Assembly (NCBI GenBank): GCA_014905635.1
Contig: JABVCE010000005.1
Coordinates: 1,426,001-1,490,000 of the forward strand
Length of the DNA: 64,000 bases
Direction: 5' to 3'
From: Scenedesmus sp. PABB004
Taxonomy: Eukaryota
The notes under the pieces were generated by a model. It had not been told where the DNA came from, did not search any database, and was given only the letters and a program-made list of their open reading frames with translations. Within the stretch, counting starts at the first letter, position 1. Each line of letters starts with the position of its first letter. The position numbers and the translations under genes are program-made. Shown one piece after another: positions 49,317-60,909 of the stretch.

Positions 49317-49706
49317 CGGGCCCGAGAGAGGGGGGCGTGAGATCGGCCAGCTCGGCTGCCCCTCGCGCCCCGCGGGCGCTGCGGCGGCCGGGCGCGGCGC
49401 GGTCAAGGTTCGCGCCGCCGGCCGTCCGCGGCCGCGCGCGCTGCCCCGCGCGCGCTGCCCCGCGACCGCCGCACCGCGGATGTGACACCACTGCATCCTC
49501 ACCTCCATCCGCGTTCGCAAGCCCCTAGAACAACCCGCAACGTGCTTGCAGCAGCGGCCGCGCAAGCAGCGACAAAACGCCGCCGTGGCGCGAGCCCGTG
49601 CCACCCCAGCTGCCCGCCCCACAACTCCTGGCGACCGCGCTGCAGCGCTGCAGGGCCGCGGCGCTGCTGCAGCGTGCGCCGTGCCGCCGCCGCGCTGCGG
49701 ACCGCC

Positions 49707-51714
49707 ATGGCGGCCCAGCACAACCACCTCATCCACCAGCTCTACGTCCGCCAGGTGCGTGGGCGTGGGTGTGCCTGGCCCGGCACGGGGCTGCGCCGCG
49801 CCCGAAGCCGCAGCTCAGGCACGCCGCGCGCAGCAATTCGATGAGTGCGGCGCGCTCATCGACCGCGTGCTGGCCGAGAGCGCCGGATCCAGCGAGTACG
49901 CGGTGTACGTCAAGGCCCTCATCGCACGGCAGCGCGGTGCGCTTGCTCGGGGGCACAGCCGCGGCGCGCAGCGCGCAGCGCGCGCGGCCAGCTCTGGCCG
50001 GGCAGCTCACCCGACCTCACCGCGCGGCGCGCGCCGCGCCAGGGCGCATCTCGGAGTCGCTGCGGCTCTTCCAGCAGGCCGCCGCGCTCAACCCGAGCAG
50101 CGTGGCCAACCTGAAGCAGGTCGGGCGCAGCCTCTTCCTGCTCGGCAAGCACCGCGGCGCGGCGGAGGTGTACGACGAGGCCCTGCGCCTCGACGGTCGC
50201 GACTGGGAGCTCTGGCTCAGCAGGGGCCAGTGCGCGGCGGCGGCCGAGGACTGGGACAGGCGCGCGCGCGCGCTGCGCTGGGTGCGCCTGGCCGCGCGCG
50301 CCGCTTCTTTGCCGACGAAGCGGCTGGCCGCCGCGCGCGCGCCGCGCAGGGCGCTCGAGTGCTTTGCGTCCGCCAACGCCATCCAGCCGCACGATGCGAC
50401 CTTCCTGGCCATTGGTGCGGCGCACGCGGAGCGCGGCCGGCTCGACGCCGCACTCGCGGCGTACGGCGAGGGCCTGGAGCACAGCCCCGACAGCCCCGAG
50501 CTCCTCACCACGCTGGGCATCACCTTCCTGCGGTGCGGTGCACGCAGCAGGGGCGGCGCCAGGGAGGCGGCCCGCGGCGGCGCGGTGATGCAGGACGACC
50601 CGCGTCCGCGCGCCTGCACCCCGCGCGCAGGCTCGGCAACAACCAGCGCGCGTTTGAGCACCTCGGCGCCTCGATGCTGCACGACCCGCGCAACCCGCGC
50701 ACTATCCTGGCGGCGGGATCCATCATCCAGGCGCGCCCGCGCGCCCGCCCGCCCGGGCCGCGCGCCGCGCGCCAGCGAGCTGCCGCCGCCGCCGCCGCCG
50801 CTGGCGCCGCGGGTACCCCGCAGGACCACGGCGACGCGGACGTCGCGCTGGTCAAGTACCGCGTCGCCGCGGCGGCCTGCCCCGGCAGCCCGCAGCTGTG
50901 GAACAACGTCGGCATGTGCTTCTACGCCAAGCAGGCGCGGCGGCGACCGCCCGCGCGTGCACTGCTGCCAGCGCTGGCGCCGCCGGGGCGCCCCGCGCCG
51001 GCGGCCCACGGGCGCACGCGGGCGCACAGAGCTCACACGTGTGCACGCCGCGCGCGCGCAGCGCTACATCGCGGCCATCGCGTGCCTCAAGCGCGCGCTG
51101 TACCTGGGCCCGCTCGAGTGGCTGACCGCGCACAACCTGGGGCTCGTGCACCTCGCGACGGGGCAGGCGGCGAGCGCGTTCCACTACCTCAGCGCCGCGG
51201 TCAACCTGCGGCCAGACTTTGCGCACAGGTGCGGCGCCGCTCCGCCCATGCGCTTGCGGCGGCCGGCCGCTGACCGGGCAGAGAGCCAGAGCGCTGCCCT
51301 GCCTCACGCCTGCCCGCTCCCCGCGCGCGCGCGCCACAGCTACTCCTACCTGGGCATCGCCCTCGCGCGCCTGGACGACCCCGACAACGCCGCCGCGGCG
51401 CACGCCAAGGCCGTCGGCCTCGCGCCGGGCGAGCCGCTGCTGCACCTCAACTACGGCGAGCCGCGCAGTGCCGCGCTGGGCCGCCGGGCCGGGCCGGCGC
51501 GGCCTGCTCAGCGCCCCCGCCGCGCCCGCCCCGCCGCGCAGCGATCCTGCTGCACAACCGCGGCGACGCGCGCGCCGCGCGGGCGCGGCTCGACGAGTTC
51601 CGCCGCGCGCTCGGCGGCGCCGACGGCGCGGCGTCCGCCGAGCCCGAGATGCTGGAGGCGGCGGCGGCGCTGGCGGCGGCGCTGGACGGCGCCGGCGCGG
51701 GCGGCGGCGCGTGA
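49707..51714 (+). CDS. BBS4: Bardet-Biedl syndrome 4 protein (BBSome TPR subunit), 9 exons
   Basis: Segments [85 protein letters not shown] and [12 protein letters not shown]. Confidence 0.93.
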
Positions 51715-52083
51715 GCAGCGGGCGCGGGCGGGTGACGCCGGCGGCGTGCGGTGAGGTGAGGGGGCACGCAGGTGCTGGTGGTGACCTCACGGCCGCTGCT
51801 GCTGGCGGCACCGCCGCCAGCGCAGCGCAGCCCGAGTCGCGCCCAGACGAACCCCGTCGTGACGCTGCGCCGCCGTCGCTCGATCAGCGCGGGATCAGCC
51901 GCCCCAGCAGTGCAGGTGGTGTCGACGTCACTTGGAGAGACGGGGTAGGCAGCATGGGGGCGCCGTCGTCCGCCTGACCAGTAGCAGGGCTGTCGCGCGC
52001 CGCCGCACCATCAACCAGTGCGCACGCCCAACCGTTGCGGCGGCGCCCGGGCCCCCCGGCCGGCGCGGCCGTCATAGTCATCG

Positions 52084-54348
52084 ATGATCCTTCGGGCGCT
52101 CGCCGCGGTCGCGGCGCTTGCGGCGCTGCGCGGCGCGGCAGCGGCAGCGGCACCGGTGCCGACGCGCGGCGGCGGCGGTCGGCGCCTGCAGCAGGCGCTG
52201 CTGCCGCCGCTGCCCCTGGACACGGGCGGCCTGCCCATCACCATACCGCTGCCCTTCGGGACGCCGGGCACGCCCGCAGCGCCGGCGCGGCGCGGCGCGC
52301 CGTCGGCGCCGGACTGCGCCAACCCGAAGCCGACGCTCGTGCTGATCCCAGGTGCGCTGCCGGGGGGGGGGGGGGGGGGGCAGCCCTCCTGCCTCACCCC
52401 TCCCCCTCCCCCCTGGCCTCCCCCCTCACGCGCCGCCGCGCCGCGCCCGCGCAGGCATCAGCGGCAGCCAGCTCGACGGCACCCAGACGGGCGAGGGCCC
52501 GGGGTGCCCGTCCTTCTCGGCCCCGCGCGCGGTGTGGGCCGACGTGTCGTGGATGCGCAACCTGGCCTGCTTCGCGCACATGATGTCGGTGCGCTACGAC
52601 GCCGCATCGCGGCGCTTCGCCAACTCGACCGGCACCGCCCTCTGGCCGCACGAGGGCGGCTGGCCGGACGGCACGGCCTATCTGCTCTGGCGGCTCTACT
52701 ACAACCCACTGTGGCGCGCGCTGGTGCGGGGGCAGGGCTACCGCCTCGGCGTCGACCTCTTCGCCGCGCCCTACGACTGGCGCCTCGGCTTCGACGGCCT
52801 CGAGCAGGCGCGCGGCGCGGCGCCGCCGGGAGGGGCGGCAGGAGGGGCGGCGGGAGGGGCGAGGGGACGGGCGAGCCTCCCGTGCGCGTCGCCGGCGCGT
52901 CACGCCGCCGCGTCCGCGGCGGCGCCGCGCAGGTGGGGGCGTTTGACCAGATGGCGGCGCGCGTCGAGGCGGCGGTGCGGCAGAACTGCGGGCAGCGCGC
53001 GGTGATCATCAGTCACTCCATGGGCGTCAACGTCGCGCTGCGCCTGCTGCGCCACCCGCGCCTCGGCGCCTGGCGGTGCGCGCGCGCGCACGCTGCGCCT
53101 GCGCACGCCCGCGCAGCCCGCGCGCGCGCGGCCCACGCCGAGCCCCGCGCGCGCGCACGCACGCGCAGGCGCGCCAACGTGCGTGGCCTGGTGCAGATCG
53201 GCGGCGCGTTTGCGGGCGCGTCGGCGACGCTGTGGGAGACCAAGCTGTCAGGCACGCTCAACCCCTACCCCGCCTTCCTCAACGCGCTGCCCCCGCAGGC
53301 GCGGCGGCGGCCGCAGCCGCGCGGGCGCGCCGCGCCCGCGCCCGCGGCGGCGCGGCGGCGCGGCGCGCCAACGAGGGCCGCGCCGCGCGCGCGCGCAGCT
53401 TGTCGCAGCGCTGCCGACGTTCCCGCTCGAGGCCGCGGTCTACGAGTTCAGTCTGGGCATGCCGAGCGGGCTGGTGCTGCTGCCCACGGGCATGGCGGAG
53501 GGGCGGGACCACGTCGTCGTCGCGACGCGGCGCCGGAACTACACCGTCGCGCAGCAGGGACAGCTGCTGCGGGACATGGGCGACGAGCAGTCGGTGCGGC
53601 GCCCGCCCGCGCTCGCCCGGCCCCTGGCCCCCCTGCCGCCGGGCACCGCGTGAGACGTGTGGCCGCCGCCGCGGCCCGCCGCCGCCCGGCGCCGCAGGCG
53701 CTGCTGCTCGACGCGTCGCTCGCGGCGAACCGCGAGCTGCTGGCCGCGGGGCCGGTGCCGGGCGTGGAGACGTTCTGCGTGTACGGCACCGCCGTGCCCA
53801 CACCGCTGACGCTGGTGTACGACGTGGACGCCCTCCCGCGGCGCGCGCCGCTGCGGCGCCCGGCGGCCAAGGTGCTCGGCCCCGGCGACGGATCGATGTC
53901 CCTCGCGACGCTGCGCCTCTGCAGCATGTGAGCGCGACCGCGCGGCGGGAGGCTAGGACCGCCGCCGCCGCCGCCGCCGCCGCCGCGCCCGGCGGCCTGG
54001 CCGGCGCGCGCCGCCGACCCGCGGGCGCCGCGCCGCCGTGCCCGCCGCCGCAGGCTCGCACCGGTGGATCACCTGGTTGAGATCACCGACCCCACGGTCG
54101 ACCACGCGGGCGTGGTGAGCCAGCCCAACGGCCTCGCGGTGCTGCTGTCGGTGCTGGGCAAGTTCTGGGCCGCGCCCGACACTGGGCCGGCGGCGGCGGG
54201 GCCCGGCGCGCGAGGGCCTCAGCAGCAGGCACAGCAGCAGCAGCAGCAGCAGCAGCAGCCGCAGCAGCAGCCGCGTCGAAGTGGCTGGGTGGTGGGCGGC
54301 AAGGGCGGCAAAAATCACGTGGTGTTTGCGGCGGCGGACGGGCGGTGA
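52084..54348 (+). CDS. Secreted LCAT/lysosomal phospholipase A2 (group XV)-like acyltransferase, 7 exons
   Basis: Signal peptide, then PTLVLIPGISGSQL, DLFAAPYDWRL, nucleophile IISHSMG, FCVYGT, GDGSM and DHAGVV. Confidence 0.88.
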
Positions 54349-54816
54349 TGTGGGAGGGGCTGGGGGCAGCCGCGATGCTGCATGGACCGCAACCGGACAC
54401 GACGGAACAGATGTCAGGCTAGGGGGTGGCAGACCAGGCTGGGGGAGTGGCGCCGAGGGCGCCCGCCGTGGGCACGTGTGCAGCGACGAATCAGAGGGCG
54501 ACTGTGCGTGGGCAATCCTGAGCTCTGTGGGGGGGGGAGGTGAGGCTGACCTGCATCCCCACTTGTGCCGCGGCTGCAAGCGCCGCGCGCACGCGCGTGT
54601 GTGGGAGGTCCAGGGTTGTGCTGTCAGTGCCCAGCCAGCTGCACATTCGCGGCCGGGCACCGCCAGCATCCCTGTGGCAGGCCTGCTGTGAATTTGCAGG
54701 CAGGCGGATGCCTGTCCCCGCAACGGGCGGGCTGTGCGCGGATGCTCCAGGGAGTCGGCGGGGTCGTGTTGCACAGCGACGCCCGCTCACGCCGACAGTG
54801 TCGCTCAGCGACTGTG

Positions 54817-54841
54817 ACTGAGCTGAGCTGAGCTGAGCTGC
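54817..54841. repeat. (CTGAG)n pentanucleotide repeat just downstream of the AEP gene stop
   Basis: Sequence ctgagctgagctgagctgagctg. Confidence 0.8.
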
Positions 54842-54842
54842 C

Positions 54843-57236
54843 TCACTGCTGCTGCGCCGCCCCCGGCCGCGCGAGCCCTGGCCGCGCGAGCGCGGACGGC
54901 GCCGCCCTGCCCGGCAGCGTGCCAGCCGCCGCCTGCAGCTTGGCCAGCGCCGCGGCCTTCTTGCGCTGCCGCTCCGCCTCGGCCGCCGCGGCGGCACGCT
55001 CCTCCTGCTGTGCCCGCTCCGCGGCCGCCTCGCGCGCGCGCGCCTTGTCCTCGCGCCGCTGCTGCGCCGCGCCGCCTGGCCGCTGCTGAGCGTCGCCCGC
55101 TGCCGCCGCCTGCTGCGCGGCCGCTCCGCTACCCGCCTGCGGGGCTCCGCCGTCGCCCTGCTGCTGCGCCTGCAGGCGCGCGATCTCCCTGTTGATGGCC
55201 CGCACGCTGCGCTTGACCGCCAGCAACTGCTCGCGCGCGTCCACGGCCTGGGGCGGCCGGGCGGCGGGCGGCGTCAGCGCCGCGCTGGCGCGCGGCGCGC
55301 GGCGCGTGCTGGGCGGGGTCGCCCGCCGCCGGCGCGTGCGGCGCAGCAGCAGCAGGCCCGGCCGCCCCGCCCCACCTGGTAGGAGGCCTCCAGGAAGTCG
55401 GGGCTCTGCTCAAACACGCGCAGCTCGGTGGCGGTGAGCAGGATGCTGCACCGCGCGACCGCGGCAAAGCTGAGCGGCTGGCGCTCCCAGACCCCGTCGC
55501 GCAGCAGCACCGCCTCGCTGTAGCACTTTTCCTGCACCCACTCGGGGTCGCTGTCCATCCAGGGCGCCTTGCAGCTGCCCAGCAGGCGCAGGCTGCCGTG
55601 GGGGAAGTCAACGATCGACTCCCAGTCCAGCGCCTCCGCGCCGGGCAGCACCCCTGACTGCTGCTGCTGCGCCTGCTGCTGCTGCTGCTGCTCCGCCTGC
55701 TGCTGCTGCTGCTCCGCCTGCGGCTGCTGCTGCTCCGCCTGCGGCTGCTCGCCGCCGCCCTGCGCGCCGCCGACGGGCTGCAGCCCGACTGCGAGCAGCT
55801 GCTGCGCGGCGCCACCGACGGCCTGGCCCGCGCCCTCCAGCTCTGCGACCACAGCCTGCAGCCGCCGCAGCGCCTCCTGCGCCTCTGCCACCTGCGGCGG
55901 CGGCGACGCGCGCCGAGGGGCGGCGGTCAGCCCGCCGTGCCGTGTCGCGCTCCGCACCCCGCCCTTGCTGCACTGCGGTCCCCGCCGCCGTCGCCTCCGC
56001 GCCGCGCGCGCACCTGCGCCGCGAGCGCCGCCTCCTCGCGCAGCATGGCCAGCGGCGGCAGCCCCGACAGCTCCGCGCGGCAGCGGTTGACCACGGCGCG
56101 CCGCACCGCGCGCGCGGTCGCCTCGACGGTGAAGAGCGCCGGGAAGTTCAGGTGCACCTTGAACAGCGTGCGCATCGACACGACCGGCGCCGCCGCGGCC
56201 GCCGCCGCGCTGCCGCGCAGCCCGTGCGCCGCGGCGGCCTCCTCCGTCACGATCGACACCACGCGCGGCACGAGCGCGGCGAGGAGGGCCGGGTCCAGGG
56301 ACCAGGGGAAGTCGAGCTCCTGGAAGTACCTGGCCGGTGAGCCGTGGCGCCGCGGTGCGGCGGCGGCGGGCGGGCGGGCGCAGGGGGTCGGGCGCGGGCG
56401 CGGGCGCGGGGCACGCGCGGCGGGGGCTGGGCGGGCACCGCGCGCCGCCGCCGGCGCCCCCGCCGCCGCGGCTCACTTGTAGGGCTGCCCGTTGTAGCAC
56501 TCTGCGAGGAAGAGCTTGCGGCGCGTGTGGTGCGCGGTGTTGAAGTAGGGGCGCAGGAAGGCCTCCAGCCGCGACGGCGGCACCTGGTACTTGCCGCCGT
56601 GCGGGTCGAGGCTGCCCAGGAAGCTCACGTAGTTGTAGGGCGCGCCCCTGGGCGCGGGGAAGTGCTGCAGGAAGCTGGGCGGGCGGTAGCGCGACCGCGA
56701 CCAGTACGGCCGCCGCCGCTCGGCGCCGCCGGGCGCGCCGGCCGCGGGCTCGGCCGGCGCGCCCGGCGGCGGCGCGGCCTGCACCGGCACGGGCCCGGGC
56801 CGCTGCTCCAGGGTCCAACTGAACATCACGAAGGGCTGCGCTGCGCCCTGCTCCCCGCGCGCGCGTCCGGCTGCTGCGGCTGCGGCTGCTCCGCCGCCGG
56901 CGCGTCCGGCTGCGCGGCCTCGCCGCGGCGCTCGCTGCCAGCGACGTGCGCGTCCGCGCTGCCGCCAGCCGCCACGCCAGCGGGCAGCCCCTGGCTCAGC
57001 CCTGGCTGCTCCTCAGCCAGCCGTGCCGGCGCCGCCGCCGGCGCATCTGCGGCCGCTGCTGCTGCTGCCGCGTCGCGCGGCGCCGCGCCCGTGCGGCCGC
57101 GCCGCAGCCGCTGCCGCCGCGGCTGGAGCGGCAAGCCGGGCCGCTGTGTCGCCCGGGGCAGGGCGCACGGGGCCCGCACGCCGCGCCTGCACGCGGGCGC
57201 GCGGGCCCGCGACGCCAGCTCCCGCGCAGCGAGCAT
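54843..57236 (-). CDS. NCLDV-type archaeo-eukaryotic primase (AEP/PrimPol-like) domain protein with probable transit peptide and C-terminal coiled coil. Exons ~57236-56477 (frame break at 56853-56856), 56329-56014, 55891-55376, 55247-54843.
   Basis: Segments GGKYQVP..FLRPY..KLFLAE..YKYFQELDF (motif I), KVHLNFP (motif II) and WESIVD..SLRLLGSCK (motif III). Three canonical GT-AG introns. Confidence 0.72.
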
Positions 57237-57756
57237 GGCGCGCCGCGAGCCACCGAGGAAGAACGACGATACGATCTCCGCGATCGTCTGCGCCAGGCCA
57301 GGCAGCAGTTGGCAATGCGACCAGGCGCCTGGAGCTGCTGCCGCGCTGCCGCCGCGCGTCGCTGCTGCCGGAGCAGGGGGCGGGCGCTGGGGCGGGTGTG
57401 GGGGGTGCCTAAGGGCAGCTCCTCGCCTCGGCTCCCCACCCGCGGCGGCGCGGCGCCCGACTCGTCGGGGCGCGGCGCAGCGGCGGCGGCGCGGCGCGGC
57501 GCGGCGGTGGCGCTCGCCGCTGCCCGCCCGGCGCACAGATGCGCCCGCGGTCCTGCAGACGCCCACGCCAACACCAGACGCCGCGACCAGCACGCCCCCG
57601 CAGCTCGCGTCGCCCCGCAGCTGCTGCCGCTCCCTGGCCCCCCCTCCCGTGCAGGCGCCCGGGCTGCGTGGGGCCGGGCTGCGACGCGCCCGGCCGCAGG
57701 CGCCCGGGCTGGCTGCCTGCCGGGGCTAGGCGCGGGGACGCTGCGCGCCGGCCGGC

Positions 57757-58757
57757 ATGGCGCTGGACATACTCATCGCGGGCAAATACCGCCTGGGGCG
57801 CAAGCTCGGGGGCGGCTCCTTTGGTGAAATCTTTCTGGGAACGAACCTGCAGACCGGCGAGGAGGTCGGCATCAAGCTGGTGCGCCCCCGCGCTCTCGGC
57901 GCGCGCCGGGGCGCCGCCCCGCCCGCCCCCGACCGCCTCGGCGCCCCGGCCGGCCGGGCGCGGAGCGGCGCCGGCGGCGGCGGCGCGGCGGGGCCGCGGG
58001 GCGCCGCCGACGCCCGCGGTCGCGCGCCCGCCGCCGCTGCTGCTGCCGCACGCGCGCTCGCAGGAGTCGGTCAAAGCCCGGCACCCGCAGCTGCTGTACG
58101 AGTCCAAGCTCTACAAGATCCTCCAGGGCGGCGGTGCGGCGGCGGGCGCGCGCGGCGCCCGCGCGATGCCGGCGGCAGCGGCAGCAGCCCGCAGCGCGCA
58201 CGCCCGCCGCCGCGCCGGCGCGCCGCCGACCCGCGCCGGCCCGGCCCGCGCCGCGCAGCGGGCATCCCCAACCTGCGCTGGTATGGCATCGAGGGCGAGT
58301 ACAACGTGATGGTCATCGACCTGCTCGGGCCCAGCCTGGAGGACCTGTTCAACTTTTGCAGCCGCAAGCTCACCGTCAAGAGCGTGCTCATGCTCGCAGA
58401 CCAGATGGTGCGCGCGCCGCGCCGCGCCGCGCCGCGCCGCGCCGCGCCGCGCCGCGCCGCAGGGCCACGAGCGGCGGCGGCTCACGCGCCGCCGGCCGCG
58501 GCCGACCGCGCCGCCGCCGCCGCGCAGATTGCGCGCGTGGAGTACGTTCACTCGCGCAGCTTCATCCACCGCGACATCAAGCCCGACAACTTCCTCATGG
58601 GGCTCGGCAAGCGCGCCAACCAGGCGCGCAGAGCGCGGCGCGGCGCGGGCGATGGATGGATGGTGCCGCGGCGGCGGTGGCGGCAGCAGGCTGCGGGAGC
58701 AGCGGCAGGGACGGCGGCGAGAGCAGCAGCACCAGGCGCAGGCGCAGCAGCAGCAGC

Positions 58758-58791
<34 letters not shown>

Positions 58792-60425
58792 TCAGCAGCA
58801 GCAGCCGAGAGCAGGCGCACCTGCGTCGGACCGACCGCTGACGCCGCGCCGCGCGTCGCGCGTCGCGTCCCCCCGCGCAGGTCAACATCATCGACTTTGG
58901 TCTGGCCAAGAAGTACCGCGACCCCAAGACGCACGTGCACATCCCCTACTGCGAGAACAAAAACCTCACCGGCACCGCGCGCTACGCGAGCGTCAACACG
59001 CACCTCGGCATCGAGCAGTCGCGCCGCGACGACCTCGAGTCGCTCGGCTACGTGCTCATGTACTTCCTGCGCGGCTCGCTGCCCTGGCAGGGCCTGCAGG
59101 CGGCGACGAAGAAGCAAAAGTACGAGAAGATCAGCGAGAAGAAGATGAAGACGAGCTTTGAGTCCCTCTGCAAGGGCTTCCCGATGGAGTTTGTCACGTA
59201 CTTCCAATACGTGCGGTGCGTGCCACGCCGCGCGCGCCGCGCGCGCGGCCGCCGGGGCAGGAGGGGCGCGCGCGGCGGGAGTGGGCAGGCGGCGCCGGCG
59301 CGGCGTCGGCGCGGCGAGCGCGGCGCGCGCGCGTGGCGGGTGTGCGCGCAGGTCGCTGCGCTTTGAGGACAAGCCGGACTACTCCTTCCTGCGCCGCATG
59401 TTCCGCGACCTCTTCGCCAAAGAGGGTGAGGCACCCCTGCGCCGCACCGCCGCGCTGCGATGCCCGCCCGACGGCGCGGGGCGGCCAGCGGGGCGGCCAG
59501 CGGCTACTCCGGCGGCCGCGGCGCCCAGCGCGTGGCTCCGTGCTCACGCGCCGCGCTCACGCGCCGCGCCGCGCCGCGCCGCGCCGCGCCGCGCGCCGCC
59601 CAGGGTGGAACTGGGACTACGTGTTTGACTGGACCATCCTCAAGTACCAGCGCTCCAACGGCGTCGAGCGGCCGGTCGCGGTCGCCAACGCGCCCGCGGC
59701 GCTGCCCGCGGCCGGCGCCGGCGGCGCCGGCATGGCGAGCGCGGCGGCGGCGGCGGCCGCGGCGGCGACGCAGCAGCAGGCCGCGGCGGCGGCGCTGGGC
59801 AGCGACCCCAGCAAAGGCGCGCGGGGCGACACGAGCGGGCAGGCCTACAAGCAGTACCGCAGCAGCAGACCGTGAGGCCCGCGCACGGGGGGGGGGGGGG
59901 GCGCGCAGCCGCGCCGCGCGCGCGACGGGGGCGCCGGCCGGCCCTGGGGCGCGCTGCGCCCCCACCGCGCCCCGCGCCGACCCCCCGCCCGCCGCCGCCG
60001 CGCCGCCCGCCGCGCGGGCCGCAGGGAGCCGCAGCAGCAGAGCGGCGGCGACGCGGGGCAGAGCTCCAGCCGGCAGCGCAGCGCTGACGCGGCGGCGGCG
60101 GCTGGCCGGTCCGGCGCGGCGGAGCAGAGCCGCGCGGCGGCGACGGCGGCGCAGCAGCAGCAGGCGACGGCGGCGCAGGCAGCAGCCGCGGCGGCGGGGG
60201 CGTCGCAGGCAGCGGCGCCGCCGACCAAGGAGGAGAAGTCGCGCAAGGTGCGGCGCGGCGGCGGCGGCAGCGGCGGCGGCGCCAGGGCTGCGCGGCGGCG
60301 GCAGGGCTGTGGGCGTCGTCGCTGGGCGCCGCGCGCCTGACACAGCCCCCCCCCCCCTCTCCCCGGGCCTGCCCGGGCGCCCCGCGCAGAGCCTGTGGGC
60401 CAACTTCCTCCACAAAAAGACGTAG
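57757..60425 (+). CDS. CK1: Casein kinase I (delta/epsilon-like), 9 exons
   Basis: Segments [70 protein letters not shown] and [13 protein letters not shown]. Confidence 0.97.
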
Positions 60426-60909
60426 CGGCCGGCGCGCGCAGCAGCCGCTCTCGGCTGCGGGACGGCGCCGCCGTGCCCGCGCCCGCGCCTATGATTGCGT
60501 GTCCCCGCCTGGGTATGGCGAGGGGCAGCAGCCGCTGCAGCTGCAGCTGTTTTGAGGGCGGGCGTTGTCGTGCGGCGCGGCGCGCTGAGGGGAGGAGGCC
60601 CCTTCGCGCCGCGCCGGTTCGTGCCGGGGATGGCGGGCGCACTGTCTCAACACTTGGCGGGGCCTGCACACAGCTCAGTCGGCGGCGGCTTCTCCGCCGC
60701 GCTCGACCAGTGTACCTGTGTTCCTGTTGCATGCACACGCGCGTGTGCGTTTCTGTTTGATGGGTGCGCCCGGCGGCGGCCGATGACGAGTCTTGCCGGC
60801 GCGCGCAGCTGCCGTCGCTCGGCGGCGCGACCGCTGCTGCGCTCGCGGTAACACGCTCGCGAGGCGAGGCGAGGCACCCCGCCCCGCCCGGCCACGCCGC
60901 CACCCGCCG

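Noticed and set aside
54349..54842. Lower-GC segment with short ORFs
   Set aside because: Convergent 3' UTR region between the LCAT-like and AEP genes, with no protein motifs
34937..57236. Endogenous giant-virus insertion or HGT island linking the HNH-like, lyase and AEP genes
   Set aside because: These genes are interspersed with core host genes (MER3, BBS4, LCAT), share host GC content and mostly have introns. No viral hallmark genes or boundaries were seen.
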